Under the pieces are notes generated by a model that saw nothing but the letters and a program-made list of their open reading frames with translations, searched no databases and was not told the origin of the DNA. From contig JBGSPL010000004.1 of NCBI GenBank assembly GCA_041738615.1, forward strand, positions 129,203 through 193,202: 64,000 bases of DNA, in the 5' to 3' direction. This DNA is from Patescibacteria group bacterium (GTDB lineage: Bacteria; Patescibacteriota; CPR2; UBA1875; CAIMLA01). This document shows positions 47,601 to 59,400 of the stretch, piece after piece (position 1 is the first letter of the stretch; the number at the start of each line of letters is the position of its first letter). The translations under genes and the position numbers were made by a program.

Positions 47601-50600
47601 ACGGTTCGGGTGAGTGGTTCTCTACAGGAGTGGAGAACTCGGGGAGTCCGCTCGGCAATTTTGGCTCGTTAACGAATCCTCGTACCGGACTGGCTTGGAC
47701 TCTATCCCAAATCAATAGTTTACAGATTGGTTTGCTTAGCAGCGGGTCCTCAGCAATTCTTTATCAGATATATGCCGAAGTCTCATATATTCCTTCGTCT
47801 CTCTCTGGAAATTTCGCATCATTCGTAAAAGACAACGCTAGTGCTCAACATTTTGAAAATATCTCCTGGTCGGCGGATGTTCCAACACAGGCAGGTGCCG
47901 ATGCCTTACGTTTCCAGGTAGCAGCCAACAATGATAACACCACCTGGAACTATGTAGGACCTGATGGGACGAGTGGGACATACTTCACAACCAGCGGTAC
48001 CCAGATACCTACAAGTCTGAATGGTAATCAATATATCAGGTATAAGGCTTATCTCCAGTCGGCAGATTCCGCCTATACCCCCGTTATTTATGACGTATCT
48101 ATAGGAGTAACTACTGGTATTTCGGCTGCTGTCACGCTAGACGCTACCGCTCCAACAGGCACCGCTACTATCAATGCCGGTAATCCGACCTATGCAACAA
48201 ATCGCGCTGTAACGATGATTCTCGATGCCTCGGACGTGGGTACTGGTCTCAAGGACTTCCAGCTCTCGAACGACGGCGTCACCTGGGGCGCAGCTACCGA
48301 CGCGAATGGGGCAATCACAAATAGTGGTTGGCAGACTTGGGACGAGGCATACAAAACTACTGGTTACAGCGGAAGCTGGTCGTTGCTAGCGGGATTGGAT
48401 GGTCCTCGCAAGGTCTACGCGAGATTTAGGGATCTAGCGCTTAACATCGGAGGAGACTACTATCCAAACTGGATAGACGGCACAGGTACTATAAATAACA
48501 TCCAGGTTTACAATGCAAATGAAGCGACTAAAAAACAGTGGGGACCAGTTTCGGCTTGTCCAGGCCCGCAGTGTACGACAGTCACAGACGCTTACTGGGG
48601 TGATGGTAATGGTCTCTCAGCTGATAATAGTCTAGATTATTCTGCTTACCCGGCACGAGCTGCATGTCAGATTGTTGGCGGAAGACTGCCAACATTTGGT
48701 GAACTTGAGGGGATGTATGCCAATCAATCTAGTTACGGGCAAGCCTTTAATCAGGATGATTTTTTCTGGACCTCTATGGAATATGACTTAAATTCTTCGA
48801 ATGCGAGAGGATTTAAATTTTCCAACGAAGCGTCCTCGGCCACACCGAAAAACTACTCTTACTATGTTCGTTGTGTACGAGATTTAACACCTGCCGTTAT
48901 AGCTATTTCGGACAATGTCACTCTCGATATGACACTACCTACTACGGCTCTCATCGCCGATCCCGTAACAAACGATGGCTCAAATGGCTGGTACAAGACA
49001 AATCCGACTATCACTCTGACGGCAACAAAGAACGGCTCGGGCGTAGGTATAGAGAACGTGTTGTATCGTTGGGATAACAGTGACCTAGGATCTGGGACCA
49101 CTACTTATTCGACGCCGTTTGATATGGCCGGTTCCATCGGCCAGGGGACACACACCTTGTACTATAGGTCCAAGGACTTCGCTGGACACGTGGAAGGCAC
49201 GCAACAGCAACTCTTCAAGCTCGACACTACTTTACCTACAACGGGATACTCTATAGGAACCCCAAATGGTGCAAATGGTTGGTTCGTTGATACTGCACCA
49301 CAAATCACGCTTTCGCCTTCTGATGCCGGCGGCGGTAGTGCCTCTGGTATCGCAAGCACCAAGTACCAATGGGACAGCACAAGTGGCAATTGGACCACGG
49401 GTACAAGTGTCACGGCGATAACCGGCGACCATGTGCTCTACTACTATTCCACTGATACCGCCGGAAACGATGAGGTACAGATCGAACATCAACAGATTAA
49501 GTTTGATAATGGTAAGCCCCTAACCCCAACAGATTTTCGTGCACCGCTCAACGAATCGTCTACAAACATCATAGTTCTGCATTGGGATGCGGCGTTAGAT
49601 GGCGGTGGCTCAGGAGCCGTAGATTATCAGATACGTCGAAAGAAAGATTCAATCCTTTCCTGGAATGATGCGAGCGTTTGGACTTCTGGGCAGCTAGGTA
49701 ACGTACAGGTGTACTCCGACAACGCAGGTCTTGATGCTGGTTTCAAGTACAATTATCAGATTCGGGCCACGGACCTTGCAGGTAACTTAGCAGACTGGCC
49801 GGGTGACGGGGTAAAGACGGATGGTTATACTATAGACAACGTTCCACCTTCGACACCTAGTGCTGTGGTGGCAACAGTCTGTGATGGTACGGTGCAGAAA
49901 TGTAGCGATGTTAACAATCGTGGCTCTGAGATCAGACTCACCTGGACGATATCTAACGATACTGGACTCGGTATGGGCCCCGACGCTGAGGGCAAGATAG
50001 GCCACTACAAAATCTGGCGTTCTGTGACCGGGAGCGGTGTTGAAAACGAGTGGGTTTTGGTCGGTGTGGTTGACGGAAGCAGTGGTCAGCAAACAATTTG
50101 GTATGACAACAATGACAATAATGCCGCTACCTACAACATTGGAGTTTATCCTGTAACGGATCAAAGAAGTGGACAGCCGGCTGGTAAGACCTCTATTTCA
50201 ACGGGCCTAAACGACTACACGCAGTACTACTATAGAATTACAGCACTTGATCTTATTAACAATGAGAGTGATCTCTTTCCACCGTTCTTTCCAGACCCAG
50301 ATATCAACAAAAACGGCAATACCGCTATCACTCCAGATATTACTCCGCCGACAAACCCAAGCGCAGTTACAGCGACCGCCCTGGGTCTTGATGGTAGTGA
50401 TCTAAATAATCCAAACATTGGCCATCAACGAATTTCTGTAAACTGGGCAGCATCGGTAGATTGCAAGGCCTTGGTTACTAACTGTACCCAAGCGACGCCA
50501 AACATAGATCGGGGTAGTGGCAATGTGTCCTATAAAGTATATCGTTCCACAACGAATTATCTCGACGAAGCAGATTGGCTCACTAGTGGTACCCTAGTAA

Positions 50601-53380
50601 CGACGACAGCCGCAGAAACCTATGAAGACAATGGCCTCGCCGACACGACGACCTACTATTACCGCGTTATAGCCATGGATGCCAGTACGAATACTTCTGG
50701 ATTTTCAAGCGTCGATCCAAACTCGAGTGCTAGAACCTATAATTCCGATGTTCCATCGGCTCCGATTGAGGTTCAGGTATCCTCCCTAAAGGGAGATACT
50801 ACGGCAGACGCTTCGGTCGGGCATAAAATCACGGTGAACTTCAAGGGAAGCAATAGTAAGGGTGACCAGATTGTTCGATATGAAGTTTATCGTTACAAAA
50901 ATGATACAAACAACCTCACGGCTGCAGAGTGGCTAGATCCAACAAAGACTACTAAGTTGAAGCTGAGCAGTGCTGGAGGCTGCGGCTCTGGTTGTCTGGC
51001 ATTTACGGCTGGTAGTACGGGAAGTGATATTTCCATCACGCCAAATCAGGCCGACAGAGATAATCAGTACCAGATAGTAGATACGGGCCTCGTTGACGGT
51101 GCTACTTACTTCTATCGAGTTCGAGCTCAGGATAATGCGAATGTACCAAATCAACCAGACCAGAGTAACCGCTTTGGGCCACTTTCTAGCATCACCTCAC
51201 TGAATTCCGGTGGCGCAAATAAGTTCGGTTGGGACATCACTCCAGATGCAACAGCGCCTACCTGGAGCCTTACACCGACTGTCCAGTCCGGTCCGGCAAA
51301 ATTGAGAATCAAGGACATCAATGGAGACGGAGTATTCTACCTGCGTAATATTGTTACTTGGGAACGTATCCCGACCTCTTATCGTGGTATCGCGAACGAT
51401 TTCCGAGAATATAAGATATATCGCTCTATGGATGGCGTCGTCTGGGATCAGATAAAGGTCTCGGGGAATAATCCTCTCTATGATGCAGATCAAAACAAGG
51501 CGATGGCAAACAATTTTTATATCGATTACATCTCGGAGGTCGAGGCTCTTGCAACAAAAAATGCAGGCAGAACCTATCGATATGCTGTGACCGCCCTAGA
51601 TGACGCTGCCGAGAATTTCCGATACGCCGACAACACTCCGGTAAACGGTGTAAACGGCACATTCTATTCGAATGAGACAAAAATCGATAAGTTGGCGAGT
51701 TCGGTTGACCTAAACCCAATCGTGGCAACACCTCACATCGAGACGGTTGTTGCTCAGAAGTTACCTCGTTTTGCAGATGTTGGAGTTTCCGAGGCTACGA
51801 TTACTTGGTATACCGATCAGCGGACCGATTCTGTGGTAGAATACCGCAAGGCCACCCCCGACGCAGCAATCTCCGGCGATGATAAGTGGGTGACTGTAGG
51901 GGATAGAGCACAGAAGGATCCAACGGAGATGCACTCGGTCAAGCTGATAGCGCTCAAGCCGACAACGCAATACTATTACCGCATTATTTCCAGAAACTTC
52001 TTGGGGAACGAGGCGATGTTGGCCTCCGACCCAGGTAATGATAATTACTCCACGGTACTTCCAGGACTTACCACTTCTGGCTTTACTATTACACCGGGAA
52101 ATACAGTCTCTACGACATCAACCACCGAAGTCACATGGAGCACTAATCTGGACGCTTCCTCCGCTTTTGTTGAGTATCAGTTGCAGAGACATGGTGGTGA
52201 TGAACCACAGGGCGGAACTGCTGGTGTAGACCCAGAAGCCTTATCTGCAAGTCCTAGAAACCACCGGGTGATCATCAAGGGCCTCAGGTCTGATCGCACA
52301 TATACTTATAAGGTTAAGTCCATCAGTAAAGATGGCTACCTTGCGGAGTACCCTGCCGGTGAATTTGCAAACTTCAAGACCAAAGCCTTCGACTCGGCCC
52401 AGTTTACTCTAGCTCCAGCCAGCTCGAATGTTGCTGAGCGTAACATTACGGCCACTACGGCTCAGATCGTTTGGCAGACCGGCAACGAAACTACGTCGTG
52501 GGTAGACTATAGTACAACCTCTGGCGTTTATGACGTCTCTGCAGGCAACAACAACATGGCCACGACCCATGTAGTCGTTATCGAGGGCCTGATACCTGGC
52601 ACCAAGTACTATTATCGAGTACGTGTGAAAGACGCCAACGAAGTAGAGTATACTTCGCAGGAATACAGCTTCACCGCTGTCCTGAAGCCGAAGATTAGCA
52701 ATATGACGGTAAAGAACATCACTCCATACTCGGTAACTATCGCTTGGGAAACTAATGTTGACACGGAAACCATTGTTAACTGGGGTACTAGCACTGCCTA
52801 TGGCGAAAAGAGGGGCAAGAACGGTGTCTCTAAGGTTCATGAGCTTGTGATAGATAATCTGATCGACAACCAAGAGTATCACTACCAAATCCTTGCCAAG
52901 GATGAGGCTGGGAACGAAGTTGCCGATACCGACAAGCTAGTCCGTACCCCACTCGATACCGAAGGGCCCAAGATTACTAATGCCAAGACCGACATCCTCC
53001 CTATGGGTGAGAATGACACAACCGCATCAGTAATCATCTCCTGGAATACCAATAAACCAGCTAGTACGCTCGTCGAGTACGACGAAGGTATCATCGGCGG
53101 TAACTATGCTAACAGATCTGTAGAGGACACCTCACTAAATACCTCACATACTGTTATCGTAAAGAACCTAAAGCCAGCATCCTCATTCCATTACCGTATG
53201 GTCTCTGCAGATAAACGCAACAACATTACGCAGTCGCAGGACTACACCTTCGTAACTCCTACCAAGGAAAAATCGATCCTTCAGCTCATCCTGAAGTCAC
53301 TCGAGGACACCTTTGCCTGGACCAAGAATCTGAACCAATTCTTCGGAAACGTCGGCAAGAGAATCACCGGTCAGAAGTAA
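44624..53380 (+). CDS. Giant surface protein 1: long leader, 7-blade beta-propeller, Ig-like domains, DUF1566/CLec-like domain, multiple FN3
   Basis: 2918-aa ORF, GAGGGAGG SD; seven xxEKR repeats; RLPT..EL..FWTS..YVRCVR; YYYRV FN3 motifs. Confidence 0.85.
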   Translation: MAQRPRFLKARSYCKKAVSACSAIFGLAIVRALTFFIDKARVWRFELTYKLHLKVRSVHDNLVVKNVIYRKVTENKYAVPVRNATASAFVVSLMLFTTIQYILPQFNLLAPGQVYAGSNNKTWTTKADFETAATNAGVTIGGDNDANDANNNDNTKLQATSNWSQPSNPTAGTDTTYSTAVDGEFVYIGGLQYVGQAPDLINGDYQWRIEKRNISDGTLVWAQTENNGGYYDYVKDIFVSGSSLYLVGIGSGASNNDTKWVIEKRNISDGGLAWTRTYNPSTGNDVPMSGATDGSWIYVGGLDNSMSNNPAWRLEKISSVDGSLSTAVTVDISTGVTSYESITGVAVSGGYVYIGGYGGSASNSFGRIQKRNSSNLALTIGTWTVDSDPTTGNDGIQDLIIDGSFLYVGGYSGANYRYEKRNMTTGALVYGQNITPTGTNPNVNMMTSDGTYFYTSASSIGTFPTYYYIIEKRLLSDASLVWTITGKPCRGITFSNSSLFTAVTNTGGGGDWLTERMSDANGSVTAFNTPGNLGSSVTSAVGLRYDSGIGNTAKASTISLTGTTASNNQKVKLKVRSGDTQGELDTSFCYGPTSTGSGCSDWSTAGSFFYQQRVAGVETSSTTGILNTIPAKRFIEVLVRLESDGSNTPVLDRVDLGYNYLDAPIAQLAKRLSGTTDIPYDTYTNESGFVEKYFAQGFNSGETLYPEIEVVSQGASFTGTGTVGPGVLLTPGNYANPVELAVTKNGLAPGNYKFKVRTSDSTGRISAWSTNEVLFRIEQELPTGSVTIGGSNVTGGYAKSRNVVLSSTVNDTGGSGLGQMQFANKPAIDGDPLVWSGWEPYSTSRVWALSAGNGAKTVYAQYRDNAGNVTNTWAQTSQADFQGGQTSGNASVTNTPGTIKLVGGVQTTIIRPNGPGNYSQWSQNPATGQNWDKVDEVVNNQGDYVLGGGKDLYNLQDPALSNVTITGVNIYADAFGSDDCGGCSSLISFGIYDGSGEWFSTGVENSGSPLGNFGSLTNPRTGLAWTLSQINSLQIGLLSSGSSAILYQIYAEVSYIPSSLSGNFASFVKDNASAQHFENISWSADVPTQAGADALRFQVAANNDNTTWNYVGPDGTSGTYFTTSGTQIPTSLNGNQYIRYKAYLQSADSAYTPVIYDVSIGVTTGISAAVTLDATAPTGTATINAGNPTYATNRAVTMILDASDVGTGLKDFQLSNDGVTWGAATDANGAITNSGWQTWDEAYKTTGYSGSWSLLAGLDGPRKVYARFRDLALNIGGDYYPNWIDGTGTINNIQVYNANEATKKQWGPVSACPGPQCTTVTDAYWGDGNGLSADNSLDYSAYPARAACQIVGGRLPTFGELEGMYANQSSYGQAFNQDDFFWTSMEYDLNSSNARGFKFSNEASSATPKNYSYYVRCVRDLTPAVIAISDNVTLDMTLPTTALIADPVTNDGSNGWYKTNPTITLTATKNGSGVGIENVLYRWDNSDLGSGTTTYSTPFDMAGSIGQGTHTLYYRSKDFAGHVEGTQQQLFKLDTTLPTTGYSIGTPNGANGWFVDTAPQITLSPSDAGGGSASGIASTKYQWDSTSGNWTTGTSVTAITGDHVLYYYSTDTAGNDEVQIEHQQIKFDNGKPLTPTDFRAPLNESSTNIIVLHWDAALDGGGSGAVDYQIRRKKDSILSWNDASVWTSGQLGNVQVYSDNAGLDAGFKYNYQIRATDLAGNLADWPGDGVKTDGYTIDNVPPSTPSAVVATVCDGTVQKCSDVNNRGSEIRLTWTISNDTGLGMGPDAEGKIGHYKIWRSVTGSGVENEWVLVGVVDGSSGQQTIWYDNNDNNAATYNIGVYPVTDQRSGQPAGKTSISTGLNDYTQYYYRITALDLINNESDLFPPFFPDPDINKNGNTAITPDITPPTNPSAVTATALGLDGSDLNNPNIGHQRISVNWAASVDCKALVTNCTQATPNIDRGSGNVSYKVYRSTTNYLDEADWLTSGTLVTTTAAETYEDNGLADTTTYYYRVIAMDASTNTSGFSSVDPNSSARTYNSDVPSAPIEVQVSSLKGDTTADASVGHKITVNFKGSNSKGDQIVRYEVYRYKNDTNNLTAAEWLDPTKTTKLKLSSAGGCGSGCLAFTAGSTGSDISITPNQADRDNQYQIVDTGLVDGATYFYRVRAQDNANVPNQPDQSNRFGPLSSITSLNSGGANKFGWDITPDATAPTWSLTPTVQSGPAKLRIKDINGDGVFYLRNIVTWERIPTSYRGIANDFREYKIYRSMDGVVWDQIKVSGNNPLYDADQNKAMANNFYIDYISEVEALATKNAGRTYRYAVTALDDAAENFRYADNTPVNGVNGTFYSNETKIDKLASSVDLNPIVATPHIETVVAQKLPRFADVGVSEATITWYTDQRTDSVVEYRKATPDAAISGDDKWVTVGDRAQKDPTEMHSVKLIALKPTTQYYYRIISRNFLGNEAMLASDPGNDNYSTVLPGLTTSGFTITPGNTVSTTSTTEVTWSTNLDASSAFVEYQLQRHGGDEPQGGTAGVDPEALSASPRNHRVIIKGLRSDRTYTYKVKSISKDGYLAEYPAGEFANFKTKAFDSAQFTLAPASSNVAERNITATTAQIVWQTGNETTSWVDYSTTSGVYDVSAGNNNMATTHVVVIEGLIPGTKYYYRVRVKDANEVEYTSQEYSFTAVLKPKISNMTVKNITPYSVTIAWETNVDTETIVNWGTSTAYGEKRGKNGVSKVHELVIDNLIDNQEYHYQILAKDEAGNEVADTDKLVRTPLDTEGPKITNAKTDILPMGENDTTASVIISWNTNKPASTLVEYDEGIIGGNYANRSVEDTSLNTSHTVIVKNLKPASSFHYRMVSADKRNNITQSQDYTFVTPTKEKSILQLILKSLEDTFAWTKNLNQFFGNVGKRITGQK
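52685..53380 (+). repeat. C-terminal region shared with 62081-62776
   Basis: Last 231 codons differ at two residues; long runs of identical DNA. Confidence 0.9.
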
Positions 53381-53401
53381 ATCAATAACCTTACTAAAGA
53401 T

Positions 53402-53454
53402 TCCCTAAAACAAGCACTTTTGTGCTTGTTTTAGGGACGGAATGAGCTTAAAAT
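53402..53454 (+). promoter_or_regulatory. Palindrome plus promoter, copy 2
   Basis: TCCCTAAAACAAGCAC-TTTT-GTGCTTGTTTTAGGGA; TTGTTT-17-TAAAAT. Confidence 0.75.
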
Positions 53455-53482
53455 TAATACATAACCATAAGAGGGAGGGAGC

Positions 53483-56400
53483 TTGGCACAAAGGCCACGA
53501 TTCCTGAAAGCTAGAAACTACTTACGAAAGGCAGTAGGTGTCTGTTCTTCTTTTTTTGGTGTGGCTGCAATTAAAGCTCTCACGTTCATTATCGATAAAT
53601 CTAGAATCTGGAGATATGAACTGACCTATAGGCTCCATTTGAGAGTTCGCAAGTTTCACGACGTTTTGGTTGTGAAGAGCCCAGTATACAAAAAAACCAC
53701 TGAAAGTAAGTATGCCGTACCGGTAAAAAATGCCACTATTTCAGCATTTTTCGTGTCCTTGATGCTATTTACAACTATTCAATTTATTTTACCTTACTTA
53801 AATCCTTTCAAGTCAGGGTTGGTACAGGCTGGGGCAAATAGCGTTACTTGGTCTACTAACGGTGATTTTACATACAATAAGTCGGCGTTATGTGGGGCCA
53901 CTACACAGTCCCAGATAGCGATTTCGGGGACTGCTTACACTGATGCATCCTGTACGGCGGCTGCTGCAGATGCGAGTTTGGAGCTTAATTCTTCATCCAC
54001 ACCGCAGGGAGCTCTCGCTGTTAGTGGAGGTGCTGATTTTGCACTTGCCTTGATGGCGGATGGGACCGTTAGGTCTTGGGGGAAAAATAACGTTGGGCAG
54101 CTCGGGAACGGAACAAATACAGAATCAAATGTACCGGTAACCGTATCCGGTATTACTGGCACCACCGCAGGTACCAGGGCTATAGCAGTTTCGGCTGGCT
54201 CGGATTGGGTTGGTGGAGGTCATGCCCTCGCCTTGATGGCTGACGGAACGATCAAATCTTGGGGCAGGAATGGGTATGGGGAACTAGGAAATGGGGCAAC
54301 GGGTGGCTCATCTAATATTCCTGTAACCGTTATCGGTATTACGGGTGCCAACGCGGTCACCCGAGCAATTGCGATTTCAGCAGGTATAAATTATTCAACC
54401 GCAGTAATGGCGGATGGAACGATTAAGTCATGGGGTTTTAACAGTACTGCTGGTACTTTGGGGAACAATAGTACAACAGATTCAAATGCTCCGGTGAGTG
54501 TATCTAATATAAATGGAACTACAGCGGCAACAAGGGCGACTGCAATATCAGCTGGAAACGGACATACTGCCGCCTTGATGGCGGATGGGACGATTAAAAC
54601 TTGGGGCGCGGGCACGATTGGTCAGTTGGGGAATAATGGAACGTCGAATTCCCTAGTGCCGGTGAATGTATCTAACATTAATGGTTCAACTGCGGCGCTC
54701 AGGGCAATGGCAGTCGCAACTGGTAATACTCAGACACTGGCCCTGATGGCGGACGGAACAGTGAAGTCTTGGGGTTACAACATGGCTGGCGAGCTCGGCA
54801 ATGGGAGTGCATCTGGAACTCAGGCCAATGTGCCAGTAAATGTATCAGTAATTACGGGTGCTTCCGCAGCCCTGCGGGCCACTGCAATCTCAGCAGGTGC
54901 TAGGGTCTCCATGGCTCTAATGGCGGATGGCACGGTTAAGACCTGGGGTTATAATGGTACCTTGGGCAATAACACGAATGATGCCTCTACCATACCAGTT
55001 ACAGTCACAGGCATTGATGGTTTGACGGCTGTTAATCGAGCCACGTACGTGTCTGAAGGGATGAACAACGGCGCTTCATATGTATTAATGGCTGATGGCA
55101 AAATCAAATCATGGGGAACGGGTACAAATGGCAGACTTGGAAATGGTTCATCCTCCACGCAGCTTGTTCCAGTAACTGTCTCTGGTATAGCTGGGGCAGT
55201 GGCTTCGAGTAGGGCAATTTCAGTATCGACAGGCACGTTTAATGGCGCTGCGGTGATGGCAGATGGATCTGCCAGAGTATGGGGTGGCAATACATGGGGT
55301 CAACTTGGCAATAATAGTCAAGGAGGGGCATCTAACATCCCTGTGGTGGTCTCAAATCTGGATGGTAGCTCAGCTGATAAGCGAGCAGTATCCATTTCTC
55401 TAGGTCATTATAACGCTTATGCACTAATGGCAGATGGCACAGTAAAGGCGTGGGGACAACCAGGGTTTCTTGGCAATGGAAGTGTTTATAGCGGTAGTGT
55501 TGTTCAGACAGTTCCTACTAATGTCTCGGGTATTGATGGTACGACACCTGCCAAAAGAGCTGTTTCTGTTTCGTCTTCTTCAAGCACTGTTATTGCCCTG
55601 ATGGCAGATGGGACAGTTAAGACCTGGGGCTCAAATAATTATGGTCAGCTAGGCAACGGAAATACTGGGACGGATGCTCTTGCTCCGGTAGATGTTCAGG
55701 GGATAAATGGAAGCAGCGCCGCAACTAGAGCGGTAGGTATCTCTTCGGGAAGCAGTAACATGTACGCATTGATGTCAGATGGAACAATTAAATCATGGGG
55801 CTACAACCTAAATGGAGAGCTTGGAAACGGAAACACAGGAACGGACTCTAATCTACCAGTAAGTGTTTCAATTATAGATGGGCTGAGTGCTGCTAATAGA
55901 GCCGTCTCAATGGGTAGAGGTACTGGTGAAGTAAGAAATGCCCTAATGGCGGATGGCACAGTAAGTAGTTGGGGTAAAAGTGCTTATTCTGGAGGTTTTG
56001 GTGATGGTACTTATGGGGTAAGTAATACCCCAGTGAAGGCTACCGGAATAGACGGAGCGACTCCCGCTAACAGGGCTACTGCTGTTATAAGTGGAGGGTA
56101 TTTTGGTGCTGGTATCATGGCTGATGGTTCAGTCAAATTCTGGGGATATAATCAGGAAGTGCCATTTTCAGCATCTACTCCGGTGTTGGTTCCTGGTTTT
56201 AGCGGTACTTCATCATTTAACCAGTCGACGGTTATAAGTAGTATCGGTAATACTTTTATCGCGCTGGAAGCAAATGGCTCGATCAAATCATGGGGTGATA
56301 ATACTAATGGCCGACTAGGGAATGGTAATACTGGTACAGACTCTAGCGTACCCGTATCTGTTTTAAATATTGCGGGAGGTATGGTTGTAGCTCTGTATAC

Positions 56401-59400
56401 CTCGCCCGGGACCATCTCTGGACTAAAAGTAGATGCTGGAGTTGGCCAGAAGTATAAATGGAATTCCGTAAACTGGAACACGGCTGCGCTACCCGCCAAT
56501 ACTTCGGTGACCTTTAAATATCGAACCTCTGAGGATGGTTCAACTTGGTCTGATACCACCTGGGCCGGCGCGGGTACAACTCAATCATCAGGAAGTACGG
56601 GCACGGCTGATTTAAGCGTTTTGAACGCCACTAGATATCTCGAAATTCAGCTTACTCTTACTACTTCAGATGGAGTCTCATCCCCAACACTCAATGATTT
56701 TACTGTTACCTACGACTCCCTCGAAGCCCCAGCAAACGGCAACATCACAATGTACAAAGCGGATGGTACCACTCAGCTGAAAAATTCTAGTGGTACTGCT
56801 GTAGCCGCTGGTGTGGGAGCTGGCTGGACCAACGAACAATCACTGGTGATTAAGGCCACAGGGCTGACTTGTGGATCCACTGGAGGAACTAACCGATGTG
56901 GTGGAGTGTCTAACGGTCGCAAACCAGAGGCAGAGATAAAGCCAGTCGGTACACCATTTGCCACTAATCCTGTATCTGGTACAGATACTATAGTAGGTAC
57001 TAGTGACAACTCAGGAGTAGACCAAGAGCTAGAATCTGGCTATGTCACCATTCCAGCCTCGAAACTAACCACCATTGGTTCACCAGGATACCACTTCCGC
57101 GTCAGAACAACAGATGAGGCTGGTCGTGTTTCTGGCTGGACAAACTACGCGAGTGACGGTCTGGCCTTTACCATAGAGCAAACTACCCCGACTGGAACTA
57201 TCTCTATAGGTGGAGCAAATGTCACAGGAAACTATGCCAAGTCTACTAGCGTTACTTTAGATACTAGCTCGGCTGCAGATACCGGCGGCTCTGGCCTGGC
57301 CGAGATGCAGTTTTCCAATAATGGTATCACCTGGTCTGGCTGGGAGGCGTACAGCCCCACCAAGGCTTGGACTCTTTCTTCTGGAGATGGTCCCAAAACG
57401 GTTTATGCCCAATGCCGCGATTGGGCTGGGAATATTTCTGGCGACACTTGGAGTACAAAAGCAGAATTTAGCTCGGGATCACTCGGCCCTAATCTAACTG
57501 TTTCTGGTGCCTCGCCGGCAGATTATTCAACCGTAAGCTTAAAATATGAGCTAGACAATACAGTGAGTATGATTTCGGGTGCATTCAACAACACAACTGC
57601 TCTGAGGAGTGATGGCACAGCGCTTGCAGTCGGTAATAACGCTTATGGGCAGTTAACGTCAATCGCTACATGGAACAACCTTAAGTCAGTTTCAGCCGGT
57701 GAAAATACCCACATTCTAGGGCTTAAAAATGACGGGACTGTATATGGCGCCGGTAATAACTCCTTAGGACAAGTCAACGTTGGCTCATGGTCAAATATTC
57801 GTTCAGTAGGCACGGGTTACGCAAGCTCTTTTGGGATAACCAACAACGGCACGGTGATTGCTATCGGCTATGATGCTTATGGGCAGCTAAATGTCTCAGG
57901 CTGGTCCGATATAAAGCAGGTCTCAGGCTATAATCATACCTTAGGGCTTAAAAATGACGGTACGGTACTTTGCATCGGTGATAATGGTAACGGCCAATGT
58001 AATAATGTAGGGTCCTGGTCAGATACCAAGAAGGTTCTTGCAGGTGCAAGTCATTCAGTGGGACTTAAAAATGATGGCACTCTTGTCGGCGTTGGAGATA
58101 ATAACAATGGTCAACTTAATTTTGGAACTTGGACAGGTGTTAAGGACATCGCGGTGACTGGGAGGGGAACGTTGGGTCTTAAAGAAGACGGGACAGTTCT
58201 AGCAGTTGGCGACAACACCTATGGTCCGCTCGATGTCGGCACCTGGTCAAACATAACTTCTATTGAATGTGGTTACTATCATTGTGTGGGATTAAGAGGA
58301 GATGGTACCTTGGTGGCCACTGGCAGGGATTATGGCCAGTTGGCCGTGGGCTCCTTCACTGATGTTAAACAGCCACCGTTGATCTTTAATTCCCCAGGAG
58401 TTTTATCGGGGTTGGTTTATGATAGTGGCCCCGGAAAAACCCAAAAATGGATGGCGTCTCGGTGGCAGACATCATCACTACCGGCCAATAGCCGGGTTAA
58501 ATTAAGGGCCAGAACTTCCGATAATGGTTCAAGTTGGAGCGGTTATAGCTCGTACATTACTCAATCTAGCGCTGGTACAACTTCAGGCGGTGGGGCCTTT
58601 TCTGGACTGGCAGATTCTAGGTACTTATCAATTGAGTTAACCTTGGAATCGGATGACGGTTTGGGCTCCCCAATACTATCGGACCTAGTGTTAGAGTCTG
58701 CCTTATTTAGTAGTGTCACCCTAGACACCACCCCGCCAGCCAATGTCACTGGCCTCGCTGGGTATGTTTCCGATGGCGGTGCTGCTCTTAGTCAGGCAAG
58801 CTGGTATGACAACAAAACCCCTTACTTTGATTGGGACGACAGCGCAGATGGTGATCTAAATCATTATGAATATTGTTTAGGGGCTAGCAACTGTACACCA
58901 AATTTAACTAGAAATACTATTAGCAATGTTGCTTTGGATCTAAACAACGCCACAAACTACCCAGATGGTACCTACTATATGAGAGTAGTGGCCCATGACA
59001 ATGCGGGGCAACCATCTACCACTCCAGATTCTTGGACGTATAATTTTGACCGTACAACACCGGTGGCCGTAACGGGGTACTCGGCTACTCAGATACATGA
59101 TGCTTATATCGGCATAGATTGGACTCCAGTCTCTGTGCAGAACGGCTCCCCAGTCACTTACACTATTGAGAGAATCAGGAATACAAAATTCCAAGAGGGC
59201 TTTACCGTAAATGACTTCGCGGGACACATCTGGTCGCAGCAAACTGCCCATGGTTACGCGGAATTTACAGGGGTAACGGGCAACTCATATCAAGACAATA
59301 TAGCGCTAAAGGATAGGGGTATCAAATATGCGTATCGCATAAAGGCGGTAGATGAAACTGCTAAGGAAAGCCCTTACCAAAACGATGCATTCTTTGGTCT

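Noticed and set aside
54010-56370. CRISPR-like or DNA tandem-repeat array
   Set aside because: The recurring ATGGCGGATGG segments are degenerate coding RCC1 repeats in frame; no cas genes
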